Below are positions 6,798-17,296 of a stretch of 64,000 nucleotides of DNA, in pieces (positions within the stretch are counted from its first letter, which is position 1; every line of letters starts with the position of its first letter). The notes beneath the pieces are model-generated. The model was not told the DNA's origin and searched no databases. It saw only the letters and a list, made by a program, of their open reading frames with translations. The stretch spans positions 56,029-120,028 of the IMG/VR virus record IMGVR_UViG_3300045988_103986; one strand, given 5' to 3'. Source of the DNA: a virus. The position numbers were made by a program, and so were the translations under genes.

Positions 6798-9700
6798 TCA
6801 GTACGGCCATGCTCCGTCAGACTTTGTGATGACGATTCTCGCGTCATCCGTACCTCCAACTTCGACCCAGGAAATTTTGGCTGTTTGTGCTTGCGTTGGA
6901 GAGTTGTCCATTGTGCTGACCTCAATAGCAGCACTTATCCGGATTCTCAGCAGATCACCCTTCCGGCTCTTCAGAAACAGCGTATTCCTCGTTGTTGACA
7001 GCTCCATTATCTCGTTCCGCAGGTTTACAGTGTCAGAATATTTTCCGTCGGAGATCGTTCCAATCAAACTCGTCAGCGTACCGCTCTTGTAGTTGAACGG
7101 TGCCGTCTGGACCGTCGGGTACTGTGTGAAGTTCTGCAAGATCTGAGGCGTGTTGTTGTTGCTGATATCCCCACTGGACAGATTCTTTCCGAAGAAGAAA
7201 ATCTTTTGCGGGTGGAAAACCCCGTTTGCGTCCTTCGTGCATGACAGAACAGACCAATTCCAAATACAGGTTGTGATTTGATTGCTGATAAGAGCAGCCG
7301 AGGACGCCGAGTCATTGATTCCGAACGCATAGTACGTATATGCCTCTGCGTTTTTGCTTCCACAGTCAATCACGACGTTGCCGTCCTCCGGACTTGTGTC
7401 AAAGACATGCGTAAGGGTCAGACTTCCGGCCAGATAGCGATAAATCGCAAATTTGGTAAACCCGGTGTTTCCAAATCCTCCGCCATTCAGATCTGTGTCA
7501 AAGTCTGCGAAGAACTGCCCCGAAACGTCCGTCGGGTGGTATCTCGGTTCTGCCAAGATGTTATTCCGCACTGTGCTGGTCAGCTCGTTTTTACTTACCA
7601 ATACATAGTCACACGTCTGCGAGCCCTCCATCTGCAGAGAAGTGAGTGAATCAAATGAGAAATCGAGAGGAATTTCTGTTTTACTCACGAAGCCGGAAGA
7701 CGTATATGCATTGGTGTTATCCACCCAAACAAAGCTTCCGCCGAACGCCAGTTTCACCATCGTTGGGTTGACTGACGAAGATGCCGGGATTGGGCTATCG
7801 CACGCAGTCCAGTTGATCCCGTCTTTGCTCTTACCTGCGCTTCCAGCGTAGACCGACAGGAACCAACCTTGTGCGAATATGATGTTTGGCCCAGAGTGCT
7901 CATTGCTGTAAACGTCCCATGTGATTCCGTCATAGCTGCACAACGTTATCCGTGTGTTGTTGTCGCCGACGATTACAAATCGATCACCGGAAAAACAAAT
8001 ATCATATAGAAATAAGACCGGTGAACTGACGGTATAGTGTGGCGTCAGTTCAACAACTGAAACGACTGTCCAATTCATTAAATCTTTTGAGTAAGCGATT
8101 GCTCCACCGTTTGGTGCAGTGGCCTGTGGTGCAATCACAACATATACGCCATTGCCATACACAATCTTTCGCCAACCATTGTCAGCCGCAGGCATTGCTG
8201 ATACAATCTCCCAACTTTCCCCGGTTTCTGAAACTGCAACGACGATGCCGCCGTCATTCATTCCGAAAAGTCCAACGAATTGGTTTTTTGCAAAGAACAA
8301 GTCAATCGGCTGTGCATTCGCAACGGCCTCGCTATCTTTCCACGCTTTCACGTCGGTGGAAACAAAAGAGTGCGTTCCAAATGGGGACACATAGGACAGC
8401 GCAACAAATTTTCCACCACCAAAACATGCCGGTTCATAAGGCGTAAAGCTGCCATAGCCGCCCGAGTTCCAGTTAACTCCATCATCGCTGTAAGCACTTT
8501 GATTGTACGAAAAGGCAACATACAGACCGTTGCCATATAAGACTTTGCTACTGGCGAACTGCACACTAGATTCGTGCTGTTCCCACGTCAGATCATCCGC
8601 ATCTGTCGAAACGACAATTTTATGTCCTTCGTTGAGATGCAAAACACTGAGAATCTGCGTGCTTGGGAGGCTCAACGATGCCAGCACGCCGTCGTGCGCA
8701 TGGATTTGCATCGAAGCCGACGTTGAGTCAGTTCCATACACGTTTGCTGCGCCATATGGCATTAAAAGCAGATTTCCATTGCCATAACATCCAGCCCAGC
8801 AGGCATTTCCAAGCGGTATTGCATTCCAAGTCTCACCATCTGTGGAGGTGAAAATGTGGTTCTCCCCTGCGCAGCAAATGAACTGTGCGCCACTATAAAA
8901 GACATGCGCCCCATAAGATTCGCTGCTTCGCCCCAAGACATTCTTATAAACCGTCCAGTTCAAGCCGTCAGAGCTGACCATGACGTCCGAGCTATAGCCA
9001 ACTGCGACGAAAAGCGTTCCGCCGAATGCTATATCGCTGGCGTGGATCATATTCTGAGTTGCAGAATGCCCCCACGACTCTCCATCATACGAATACACAA
9101 CCGCGCCGTCTCCATGTTGTGGAATAGAAACATAGATTCCATTCCCAAGCACTGGCGCTGTATAGTCCCCGCTGAATACAGTGCTCCAGTTCTCCAGGTT
9201 CGAAGAAACGTCAACTGTCCACGCGTTCAGGTTGGACACAAAAAACTTACCGTCAACGAACGATACATCGGTAATCGCACCAATCTTCGTTTTCGCCGTC
9301 CACGTTGCTCCGTCGCTGCTGGTGGCAATATCACCCGCATAGGAGAAAGCGTAGAAAGTTTGGTTCGCATAGATCACGAAACCCCATGCCGAAGATACAG
9401 GCAGTGTAGCTGCAGTCCACGTTTTCCCGTCAGTCGAGTAAGCCGCAGAGTCTGAGTTATACTGCAGCGCCACATATTTGCCATTTCCGTAGGTGACAGA
9501 CCGCCATTCCCCCGCGCTCGGCAGCTCTCCGTAAATTCTTGGATTCAGGTCCGGTGCGCTTACCTCAATACCGAGACTATCGTTCATAGGCTGGTTGACA
9601 CTGATAGCAGTTTTTACAATTCCGCGATTGGAAGAAGCGAAGAACTTCCCATTCCCATAAAAAACAGAGTCAAACACCTCGTTGGAGTATCCGGTGTCCA

Positions 9701-11450
9701 GTTTCGTTGCCATCCAGTTCTTTGCGTCGTAGCTGTAGAATGCATAATTTTGTTGGGAGCCGTTATTGTACAAGACTATGAAGTAATCTCCGCCGTAGCA
9801 GACGGAGTAACTAGACACATAAAAGTGCTCTTCTATGCTAGGAAAGAAGTCCTGCGGCTTGACGTTGCTCCAATCAGTTCCGTTCGTGGACACAAAAAAT
9901 TCAGTGTTCGGATATATGGAAACCATCAGGTATATTCCGTTTCCGTAGCATAGCGCATTTGATTGAAATCTCTCTTCAAAACTGTGTATTTTCGTCCACG
10001 TTTTCCCGTCTTCTGACGTAAAAATGCTTGTTACTTCATTCTGTGAAGTGTTCGAATTGTAAGTGGCAAGCATAAACTTCCCGTCACCAAAGGTGAGGCT
10101 ATTTATACCAGCGCCACTGTCAATACCGACTGTGACCTCTTCCCACGTCACGCCATCACTGGATACGGCAATTTTATTGCTTCCGTCGATTGCAGCAAAA
10201 ACATTATTGCCAAAACAGAGCTGTTCGAGTTCTACTGTAATGGTCAGTGTGTGTGCTGTCCACGTGATTCCGTCTTCCGACGTCGCAGAATATCCAGCTT
10301 TAATCGCGACATATTTTCCGCTGCCATAAGCAACTTCGCCCCACCCGAGGAGATCTTGGCCGTTGTTCTGCGGTGGGTTCGCTTCTGCCCAAGTTGTTCC
10401 GTCTTCGCTGTAGTAAATACGGCCGCTTGTTGCAACGAACTTGTCTCCGTAGCAGCCATATGTCAGACGCTGGTTAAGTATCTGTTCAAAGGTGAACCGT
10501 TCCGCCACTCCGTTTTCTTGGAGGATCATTCCATTGGCATTTCCAAGGCCACGCCACGCCGCGTCGAACGGAGTTTCAAGGTTCATCTGCTCGCCATCTT
10601 GTTTTTCCCACTTCACGCTGGTTCCTTCCGGAAGTCGGAGGTAACTGTCCGAAACTGTGTATGATCCGCTTGCCTCGCCAGGAATATTTGTGACAGACGG
10701 GAACGTCAGTTTGACGCCACTCCCCTTTCCGCTTTGACAAGCAGTGAGTGTGCCGTTCAGCAGCTCAGATTGATATTCAACAGCAAACTCAATCCAGCCC
10801 GTAGTGGTCTCAACACCGTTTTCCGTTTGCACAGAACATCTGACGGCATATGTGCTTCCAGTGAAGAATCCATCGTAAGAAAATTGAAGTTGCGAGACCC
10901 CATAGAGTTTTCCGGTATCTTTAAGGACGTCATACGACGTTGAATTCTTCAGTGCAACTTCCCAACGGACCCAGTTCAGAACGTCTCCTTCAGCCTGCGC
11001 GTAAACAGCATAGAACGTGAACATCCGATATGGGACCGGATTTGGAAGTGTGGAGATTGTGAGCGTCGGCGCAGTGCGCGTAATAAACGCGCTTGCGCTG
11101 GACTGCGAAACCGAGTTGCTGTCCGACCACCATTGCGTAATGATAAGCTTATAATCATTCCCGTTCGTGATGCCGGCGCTCAAAAGCTGGCTGGCCGAGA
11201 TAACGTAGCTGAAGTATTGCACGTTCCCCGCATAGTCCACGCCGTAGAACGGACAACCATCTGTTATCTTTCCGGTTGAAAACCGCTGCGTCGAAGTCGG
11301 ATTGTTGTCGTATATCACGATCTGGAATGCAGTCAACGGCGAATTGCCGTTGACTTGCCAGCTAACAGTGAGATTCCCGTTGGCATCGACAACACCGTTT
11401 CCGAGTGCGCCGGTCATGCTGGGATATACGTTGGTCGGCTGATAAAGCAT
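6798..11450 (-). CDS. Giant distal-tail (Dit-like) protein carrying about 19 Asp-box/BNR beta-propeller repeats
   Basis: ATG at 11450 with RBS ACGGAGGA. About 19 S-x-D-G-x-x-W motifs at ~50-aa spacing (YSEDGTTW, TSEDGITW, SSDGVTW, TSEDGKTW, YSTDGKTW, ...). The C-terminal ~300 aa resemble a siphovirus distal tail protein. Immediately follows the tape measure gene. Confidence 0.65.
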   Translation of the reverse strand: MLYQPTNVYPSMTGALGNGVVDANGNLTVSWQVNGNSPLTAFQIVIYDNNPTSTQRFSTGKITDGCPFYGVDYAGNVQYFSYVISASQLLSAGITNGNDYKLIITQWWSDSNSVSQSSASAFITRTAPTLTISTLPNPVPYRMFTFYAVYAQAEGDVLNWVRWEVALKNSTSYDVLKDTGKLYGVSQLQFSYDGFFTGSTYAVRCSVQTENGVETTTGWIEFAVEYQSELLNGTLTACQSGKGSGVKLTFPSVTNIPGEASGSYTVSDSYLRLPEGTSVKWEKQDGEQMNLETPFDAAWRGLGNANGMILQENGVAERFTFEQILNQRLTYGCYGDKFVATSGRIYYSEDGTTWAEANPPQNNGQDLLGWGEVAYGSGKYVAIKAGYSATSEDGITWTAHTLTITVELEQLCFGNNVFAAIDGSNKIAVSSDGVTWEEVTVGIDSGAGINSLTFGDGKFMLATYNSNTSQNEVTSIFTSEDGKTWTKIHSFEERFQSNALCYGNGIYLMVSIYPNTEFFVSTNGTDWSNVKPQDFFPSIEEHFYVSSYSVCYGGDYFIVLYNNGSQQNYAFYSYDAKNWMATKLDTGYSNEVFDSVFYGNGKFFASSNRGIVKTAISVNQPMNDSLGIEVSAPDLNPRIYGELPSAGEWRSVTYGNGKYVALQYNSDSAAYSTDGKTWTAATLPVSSAWGFVIYANQTFYAFSYAGDIATSSDGATWTAKTKIGAITDVSFVDGKFFVSNLNAWTVDVSSNLENWSTVFSGDYTAPVLGNGIYVSIPQHGDGAVVYSYDGESWGHSATQNMIHASDIAFGGTLFVAVGYSSDVMVSSDGLNWTVYKNVLGRSSESYGAHVFYSGAQFICCAGENHIFTSTDGETWNAIPLGNACWAGCYGNGNLLLMPYGAANVYGTDSTSASMQIHAHDGVLASLSLPSTQILSVLHLNEGHKIVVSTDADDLTWEQHESSVQFASSKVLYGNGLYVAFSYNQSAYSDDGVNWNSGGYGSFTPYEPACFGGGKFVALSYVSPFGTHSFVSTDVKAWKDSEAVANAQPIDLFFAKNQFVGLFGMNDGGIVVAVSETGESWEIVSAMPAADNGWRKIVYGNGVYVVIAPQATAPNGGAIAYSKDLMNWTVVSVVELTPHYTVSSPVLFLYDICFSGDRFVIVGDNNTRITLCSYDGITWDVYSNEHSGPNIIFAQGWFLSVYAGSAGKSKDGINWTACDSPIPASSSVNPTMVKLAFGGSFVWVDNTNAYTSSGFVSKTEIPLDFSFDSLTSLQMEGSQTCDYVLVSKNELTSTVRNNILAEPRYHPTDVSGQFFADFDTDLNGGGFGNTGFTKFAIYRYLAGSLTLTHVFDTSPEDGNVVIDCGSKNAEAYTYYAFGINDSASSAALISNQITTCIWNWSVLSCTKDANGVFHPQKIFFFGKNLSSGDISNNNTPQILQNFTQYPTVQTAPFNYKSGTLTSLIGTISDGKYSDTVNLRNEIMELSTTRNTLFLKSRKGDLLRIRISAAIEVSTMDNSPTQAQTAKISWVEVGGTDDARIVITKSDGAWPY

Positions 11451-11472
11451 GTTCTGTGTCCTCCGTTTCGTA

Positions 11473-14400
11473 TTAGCTGAAGTTCCCAAGCCCGAGCGCG
11501 AGATCCGCAAAGCGCTTGACACTCATGTTGCTTGCCTGCTGTTCACTGATCGTCACGCTGCCGAACTGATACGTGTTTCCGTTGTGCTGAGTGCCAATGC
11601 TATGGTTGTCATAGGAAGCCGTGGAGACCGTTTCAGCCTCGTGTTTCGTACTCAGGCAACTCCGCAGCGCATCCATATTGCGGTCGAAGTTCGCGTCTCT
11701 GACAGGCGACAGGAGCCGTTTCTTGAGCAGTTCCGTCACATCAGGAGGTGTGACACCTTCGTCCTGCATGGTCGCCTTGATGCCGCCCATGCCGTGCAGG
11801 ATGCCGCCCTGGTCATAAACCGTGTAGTGACGGCCGTACCGGTCTGTAATGGAAGTTGTACCATCCGCGTTTTTGACCCAGTAAGACTTATCTCCGCCGG
11901 TCATGGACGCGCCAGCCGGTTTATTGTTCAGGAAGTCAAGGCCGCTCGCGCTGGAGATCTTGTAGCGCTCTCCCTGCCCATCATCGGGCTCTGCGTAGAC
12001 AACACCAGAATACCGTTGACCGCCGTTCGTGGTGTCACCCGTGGTATCACCGGTGGTCTGGTTGGGATTGACCGTATAGGAAACGCCGTCCTTATCCACA
12101 ATGGTGACAGTTCCGTCGGGATTCTTTGTCCATGTTGAACCATCGCCGCCGGTCATGGTAGACCCTGCAGGCGCGTTGTTTACGAAGTCAATGCCCTTGT
12201 CACTACCAATTTCATACTTGCTTCCGTTGGAAGAAAGACCATACAGTTTCTTGGCCGTTTCCTTGACCGCATCGGAAAGCTCCGAAACATCAAATCCGAA
12301 CTGTTTGAAAAGCTCTGCGTTTTCCTGAATAATCTTCTTGAGCTCCGGCGTGGCGTTCTTCCAGATATCCTGCAGGATTTCGCCGATTCCACGCGTCTTC
12401 TCTTTCAGAGATTTCAGGAAGTTGTTGTAGCTCTTTTCGAGCGCATCGTACTGCGCGTTTATAGCGTCCTTCTTGGCTTCCAGTTCGGCCAGCGCGGCTT
12501 CGTAGGCCATGTTTGCCTTGAAGTCTTCGAGATCCTTTTTGGCGTCATCCAACGCTTCTTGCGCACTGTCCACTTCCTTCTGGTCCGCCACCCACTCCCA
12601 CTGACCGGTGCGAGCGTTGTACTGCCGGATGGTTCGCTCATTTTGTGCATTGGCAAGCTTGGCCTGTGCCTGCTGGACGGCGAGGATTTTTTCTTCGAGG
12701 TCCAACTGCTCGTCGCGGGTGTCTTTCTGCTGTTTGAGCGCATCAATCTGCGCGTCGATGGCATCCAGCTCATTTTGCCGCTGGTCAGAGAGGTCGGAGA
12801 GTTTGTCGGACATGACGTCCTGCAGTTCGCTCAAAAGCTCATCTGTACTTTTAAGCGTGCCATTGATTTTCTCTTGCCACTCCCACCATTCGGCAGAAAG
12901 CGCGTTGATATCCGCTTGACTGCCTCCGATGGACCGCAGATACTGTGCCTGCGCATGAAGCGCCTGCTGGATCTGCCGCATTTTGTCCTTCTGCGTGTCT
13001 TCGCTGGCATTCTGCTTTTCCAGCAAGGTCAGCTCGGACTTCAGAAGTTCGACTTTCTGTTTATGCGCTTCAAGGTTTGCATCGGAAGAGCTGCCTCCGC
13101 CGCCACCGGTCGAAGTCCCGGTATAGTCGGAGGTGTACTTTGAAAGCTCCTCCATCTGCTTTTTGTATTCTTCCTGCTGTTTTTTGTAATACTCGGAAGA
13201 CTTGTTCAGCAGATATTGAGAAGACCACTGCGCGTAATCCTCTGCGTCCTTCTTCCAGTTCTTCCCCGTCTGCTGGTTGAACAGACGGCGCATATTGAAC
13301 TCTTGATTCTCGGCTGACCACGTATTCGTTGTCAGCCCCGGAATCAAGCCGATCATCTGCTGAAGCTGCTGAGAAGTAATGATTGCAGAAGAACCAACCG
13401 CCTGAATCTGGGCAATCAGATTGTTATAGTTTGCGGTCGCAGCCGCATTTTGCAGTTCGAGCTCCTTCTTTGCAAGATCTGCGAGGGCGGTGTTGGTCGT
13501 GAGAGCCTTTTTCGCGTGCTCGGTCAATTTTCCGTTCGCGTCGAACAGAGACTTCGTGAGCTTTGCAGCAGCGGTGTTTTCGTTGTAGGTAGCGACCTCG
13601 ACTTCTTCGAGAGAATCTGCAAGTTTGTCCGCGCCGTCCGCAGCACCGGTCTCCGCCGTTTTGAGTTTGAGCGTACCGTCTGTGGCGGTCTCCACTTCAT
13701 TGCTCATCTCGCGGATATTCGGGTTTACCAGCCCGATGTGTTGCGCAAACCTCAGTGCTTCCGCCGCAGAGATTCCCAAGGCATTACCAATAGTGACGAC
13801 AATCTCCGCAGGATTATCATATTCTTTGAGAGACACGAAAGCTGCAACCATCGATTCAAACGAATCAACGTAGTGCTGCTGCTCGACAGTCAGGTCTTTA
13901 AGACCCTTGAGATATTTGTATCTACCGTCGTCTGCATCAATGAAAGCCTGATATTGTTCTTTCATGGTCTGGCTCATCTGAGTGCCAGACGATTTCGCTT
14001 GGGAAATGTACTGTGTGACCTGGTCCATGCCGGTCGCCTGAGACTCGGCGAACTTGTCCGCGCTGACAGTCACTTCGTCGAAGGTTATTCCAATCTGACG
14101 AAGCGCCTTTTCCATTTCCTCATATGCTTTTGCTGTGTTGCCGGATTCAATAAGTTCAGCTATTTTCTTCTTCGACGTCTCGCTGATATAATCATCAAAT
14201 GCAGAAATGTTGGCGCGAACGGCCTCTTCGACATTGTTATATTCAGTTGTGAGCGCTTTAAGCTGCTCTTGTGTCAGTTTGATCGAACGGACATTTGTGC
14301 CACCACTAGACAGATTTATGCGGCTTTCGCCCTTCTCATTTTGGGAAATATCTCCTGCATAAGAGATGGCTGTTGTAACGTCCGCAGAAAATGCCTTTTC

Positions 14401-16701
14401 AGCTGTTCTATTCGCCTCATTTTTCCGGAGTTCAAGAAGATATTCATACGCATCTATCGTTTGCTGAAGCTCTTCTTTTTCCTTCCGCCATTCCTCCCCT
14501 CGTTCTGCGTAAGGAGTCTGGTTGAGCTCATCGAGTTTTTCCTTTGCTTCCGCCAAATTGGCAGATGTTTCTTTTACCTGTTCCGATAAATCATGGAATG
14601 ACTCAATTAGATTCTCGTACTTCTGAGACTCTGCATAATCATTGAGCGCCTTTATTCCCGCAACAACGACGCCAATAGCTACACCAATAGCTACAATCGT
14701 TCCAAGCGTGGGATTTGAAAATAATTTGACAGCACCGGACGCAAAAGCTCCTGACGTTTTCAAACTGTTCAGGGTTACAAGCAGCCCATCAAGTGCCACG
14801 CCGGCTTTTTGGAAAGCAATTATAGCTTTGTAGAGGGCTGTTATCGATACTGCCACGCCGGCTACCGTAGCCATGAACTTTCCGAATCCGCTGTCAAGCG
14901 CCTCGACGAGTTTAATCAGTCCGTCAAGGGCACCTTTTATCAAGTCGGTGTCCGTCATGTGGCTGATGAATTCCGTCCACTTGTTCTTGAGAATATTGGT
15001 CTTACTTTCCCAAGAATTCAGCATAATGCTGACTTCTTTGTCAGCGCTGCCGGCAGACTCCGCGACCTTATCCAGCATCGCGGCGTACATATCATAGTTC
15101 TTGATAAGCGCGTCGAGCTGATTGGTGCGGAGTTTGCCGCCAAGATCGGATTCAAGGCTTGCCAGCTCTGATTGGGTCAAGAGTCCGTCCTTGTACGCTT
15201 TGGAAAGGCTTGCGATTGCCTGCATGGGGTCTACGAGTTTTCCGGACGCCTGCGCGGCCTTCATCGCGTCTTCAGCATAAATCCAGAGGGCGTCGTTGAG
15301 GCTGTTGATTTCTTCCTTTGTCCAAGAAACGCCGTCTTCAATTTCCGTCTCGGTGTCACCGATGATGTTCAGAATCAGCGCACGGAGAGCCGTCGCAGCC
15401 TTTGTACCGGACTCCTGCGTGACTGCGGTGATCGTGCCGAGCGCCGCCATCAGTTCATCGATGGACATATTCGCCATCGATGCAACGTTCGCAACAATCG
15501 GGAAGCCTTCGGCCATCTTCTGAATGGACGTGGCGTAGTTGTTTTCAATTTCGTTAGCTTTGTCGAGAACATCGTTGAGTTCTTCAACATTGCCCTTCAT
15601 CTGGTACGCCGCATCGGCCGAAAGAATGAACTGGTTCGCAATATCAGAGGTCACGTCGCCGACGAGCTGCGTCTTCGTTGCCAGCTCTGCCATGTCTTCT
15701 GACATTTCTTTATAGCCAGCCTTTGCGAATGTGCCGACAGATTCCAGATAGTCGGTGACAGCAACGCCGTACTTGGATGCAGCCTCATACGCTGTATTGC
15801 CCAGTTTCTCCATTTCGGCGGCAGTGTTGCCAGTAACCTTCTGGATAGCCGTCATTTCCGTATCGACCTGTTTCATCGTATCGATAGCTTCAGTAAACGA
15901 CCGCTTTACCTTTGCAACAGCCGCATTTACGACCTGCCAGACGGTGATTTTACCGACAATGTGGCTGAACGTGTCACCAAGGACATTGGTGGAGTTTGTG
16001 AGCTTATCCGTCTCGTTGCGGGTCTGCGCGTAGTTTGCACGAAGGTTTTTCAGCGAACCAGAAGCATCCTTTACGCCAGCGACAAATTCCTTATCGCTGA
16101 TAGCACCGCTTTTCCAGCTGCTATACAGGTTTTCGAGTGCAGCACTCGCCTGTTTTGCGTCGGATTCTATTTCAGAGAATGTACCGGTTGGATATTTCTC
16201 TGCTGCGGATTTCATCTGCAAGCCGAGGTCTGCAAAGCCTTTGCGGAGTGTATCGACCTTGGATGCAGCGTTTTCAGTTTCTTTTGCCTGTTCTTTCGCA
16301 GCCTTCTCAGCCTTTTCAGCGGCTTTCTGCGCCGCTTTTGCCATCGCATCGTAGTTGGTAGTTGCCTTTGTCTGAACCGTCGTGTACTGCTGCGTTTCTT
16401 CGTCCAGAGTCCGAATAATCTCAGTAGTCCGGCCAAGCCCTTCGTTGACGGTTTCAATCGTTCTGGTCGGTGCGCCATCTGCTGCGCCAGCCCAAACCTT
16501 TGTAAACTTTCCGCTCAGACCATCGACATTCTGCGTAATAGCCTGCACAGAGGTATTGAATCGATTGATTGCTTCCAGTCCGGAGGAATCAACAGTGAGT
16601 TTCAGTTTCTGATCCTTCAGGCCGTTTACATCCTTCACCAGCGAATCAAGCTGCGTGCGGATAACCTCTACCTGAAGTTGAACCTTTTCAAAATCTGCCA
16701 T
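11473..16701 (-). CDS. Tail tape measure protein
   Basis: 1742 aa and coiled-coil rich. TP901-type core region (ATSIQKMAEGFPIVANVASMANMSIDELMAALGTITAVTQESGTKAATALRALILNI). Hydrophobic segment LGTIVAIGVAIGVVVAGI. RBS AGGAGG before the ATG. Confidence 0.9.
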   Translation of the reverse strand: MADFEKVQLQVEVIRTQLDSLVKDVNGLKDQKLKLTVDSSGLEAINRFNTSVQAITQNVDGLSGKFTKVWAGAADGAPTRTIETVNEGLGRTTEIIRTLDEETQQYTTVQTKATTNYDAMAKAAQKAAEKAEKAAKEQAKETENAASKVDTLRKGFADLGLQMKSAAEKYPTGTFSEIESDAKQASAALENLYSSWKSGAISDKEFVAGVKDASGSLKNLRANYAQTRNETDKLTNSTNVLGDTFSHIVGKITVWQVVNAAVAKVKRSFTEAIDTMKQVDTEMTAIQKVTGNTAAEMEKLGNTAYEAASKYGVAVTDYLESVGTFAKAGYKEMSEDMAELATKTQLVGDVTSDIANQFILSADAAYQMKGNVEELNDVLDKANEIENNYATSIQKMAEGFPIVANVASMANMSIDELMAALGTITAVTQESGTKAATALRALILNIIGDTETEIEDGVSWTKEEINSLNDALWIYAEDAMKAAQASGKLVDPMQAIASLSKAYKDGLLTQSELASLESDLGGKLRTNQLDALIKNYDMYAAMLDKVAESAGSADKEVSIMLNSWESKTNILKNKWTEFISHMTDTDLIKGALDGLIKLVEALDSGFGKFMATVAGVAVSITALYKAIIAFQKAGVALDGLLVTLNSLKTSGAFASGAVKLFSNPTLGTIVAIGVAIGVVVAGIKALNDYAESQKYENLIESFHDLSEQVKETSANLAEAKEKLDELNQTPYAERGEEWRKEKEELQQTIDAYEYLLELRKNEANRTAEKAFSADVTTAISYAGDISQNEKGESRINLSSGGTNVRSIKLTQEQLKALTTEYNNVEEAVRANISAFDDYISETSKKKIAELIESGNTAKAYEEMEKALRQIGITFDEVTVSADKFAESQATGMDQVTQYISQAKSSGTQMSQTMKEQYQAFIDADDGRYKYLKGLKDLTVEQQHYVDSFESMVAAFVSLKEYDNPAEIVVTIGNALGISAAEALRFAQHIGLVNPNIREMSNEVETATDGTLKLKTAETGAADGADKLADSLEEVEVATYNENTAAAKLTKSLFDANGKLTEHAKKALTTNTALADLAKKELELQNAAATANYNNLIAQIQAVGSSAIITSQQLQQMIGLIPGLTTNTWSAENQEFNMRRLFNQQTGKNWKKDAEDYAQWSSQYLLNKSSEYYKKQQEEYKKQMEELSKYTSDYTGTSTGGGGGSSSDANLEAHKQKVELLKSELTLLEKQNASEDTQKDKMRQIQQALHAQAQYLRSIGGSQADINALSAEWWEWQEKINGTLKSTDELLSELQDVMSDKLSDLSDQRQNELDAIDAQIDALKQQKDTRDEQLDLEEKILAVQQAQAKLANAQNERTIRQYNARTGQWEWVADQKEVDSAQEALDDAKKDLEDFKANMAYEAALAELEAKKDAINAQYDALEKSYNNFLKSLKEKTRGIGEILQDIWKNATPELKKIIQENAELFKQFGFDVSELSDAVKETAKKLYGLSSNGSKYEIGSDKGIDFVNNAPAGSTMTGGDGSTWTKNPDGTVTIVDKDGVSYTVNPNQTTGDTTGDTTNGGQRYSGVVYAEPDDGQGERYKISSASGLDFLNNKPAGASMTGGDKSYWVKNADGTTSITDRYGRHYTVYDQGGILHGMGGIKATMQDEGVTPPDVTELLKKRLLSPVRDANFDRNMDALRSCLSTKHEAETVSTASYDNHSIGTQHNGNTYQFGSVTISEQQASNMSVKRFADLALGLGNFS

Positions 16702-16716
16702 TCAATCTTCCTCCTT

Positions 16717-17181
16717 TCACTTGGGGTCGAATCCGTCTCTTTTGAGCTGATACCGGAGAGCGTCAGAGAACATACCCTCACGCATTACCATGCTCTGCGC
16801 TTCTTTGTGGAACGGACGCGCCTGCTTCGTTTTGTAGATCGTCGACTTTTTCCACTGATATCCCTTGCCGCTTTCTACAACCGGCGCAATCAAACGTCCG
16901 GTATCATCGTCACGGCTCATGTTCTGGACTTCCAACATCATGGTCTCAGGGTCATACTTCGACTCCATAACGTTCCAGTCCTGAAGGCCACCACTCTTCC
17001 CTACCTCGTCGCGGCGTATGTACGGAAGATAATCTCCGCGCTCGTAGACGTCGTAGACTTCTGTCTGAACGGCTTCAACAATGGCCGCTTTCACGCTGTC
17101 CGTCACAGGACCTTCTATTGCTCTGTGGATGGATTGGTCGAGCGCGGCATTGAATTTAATCACAAAATCTTCAATCGACAT
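16717..17181 (-). CDS. Hypothetical tail-module protein (occupies the tail-assembly-chaperone position)
   Basis: ATG at 17181 with RBS GGAGG 5 nt upstream. Lies between the major tail protein and the tape measure gene. I found no slippery site for a G/GT-type frameshift. Confidence 0.5.
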   Translation of the reverse strand: MSIEDFVIKFNAALDQSIHRAIEGPVTDSVKAAIVEAVQTEVYDVYERGDYLPYIRRDEVGKSGGLQDWNVMESKYDPETMMLEVQNMSRDDDTGRLIAPVVESGKGYQWKKSTIYKTKQARPFHKEAQSMVMREGMFSDALRYQLKRDGFDPK

Positions 17182-17261
17182 ATCTGCCTCCTGAATGCGA
17201 AAAATGCGCAAGCCTACCAACATCTCGCTTGCACTGAATATTGATCGGTTTGCGCATTTCC

Positions 17262-17283
17262 CGGAGGGGATTTCTCCCCTCCG
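17262..17283 (-). promoter_or_regulatory. GC-rich stem-loop directly after the major tail protein gene (no U tract)
   Basis: CGGAGGGGA-gaaa-TCCCCTCCG, a 9-bp perfect stem 14 nt after the stop codon. Confidence 0.5.
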
Positions 17284-17296
17284 AGTAGCAGGTTAT

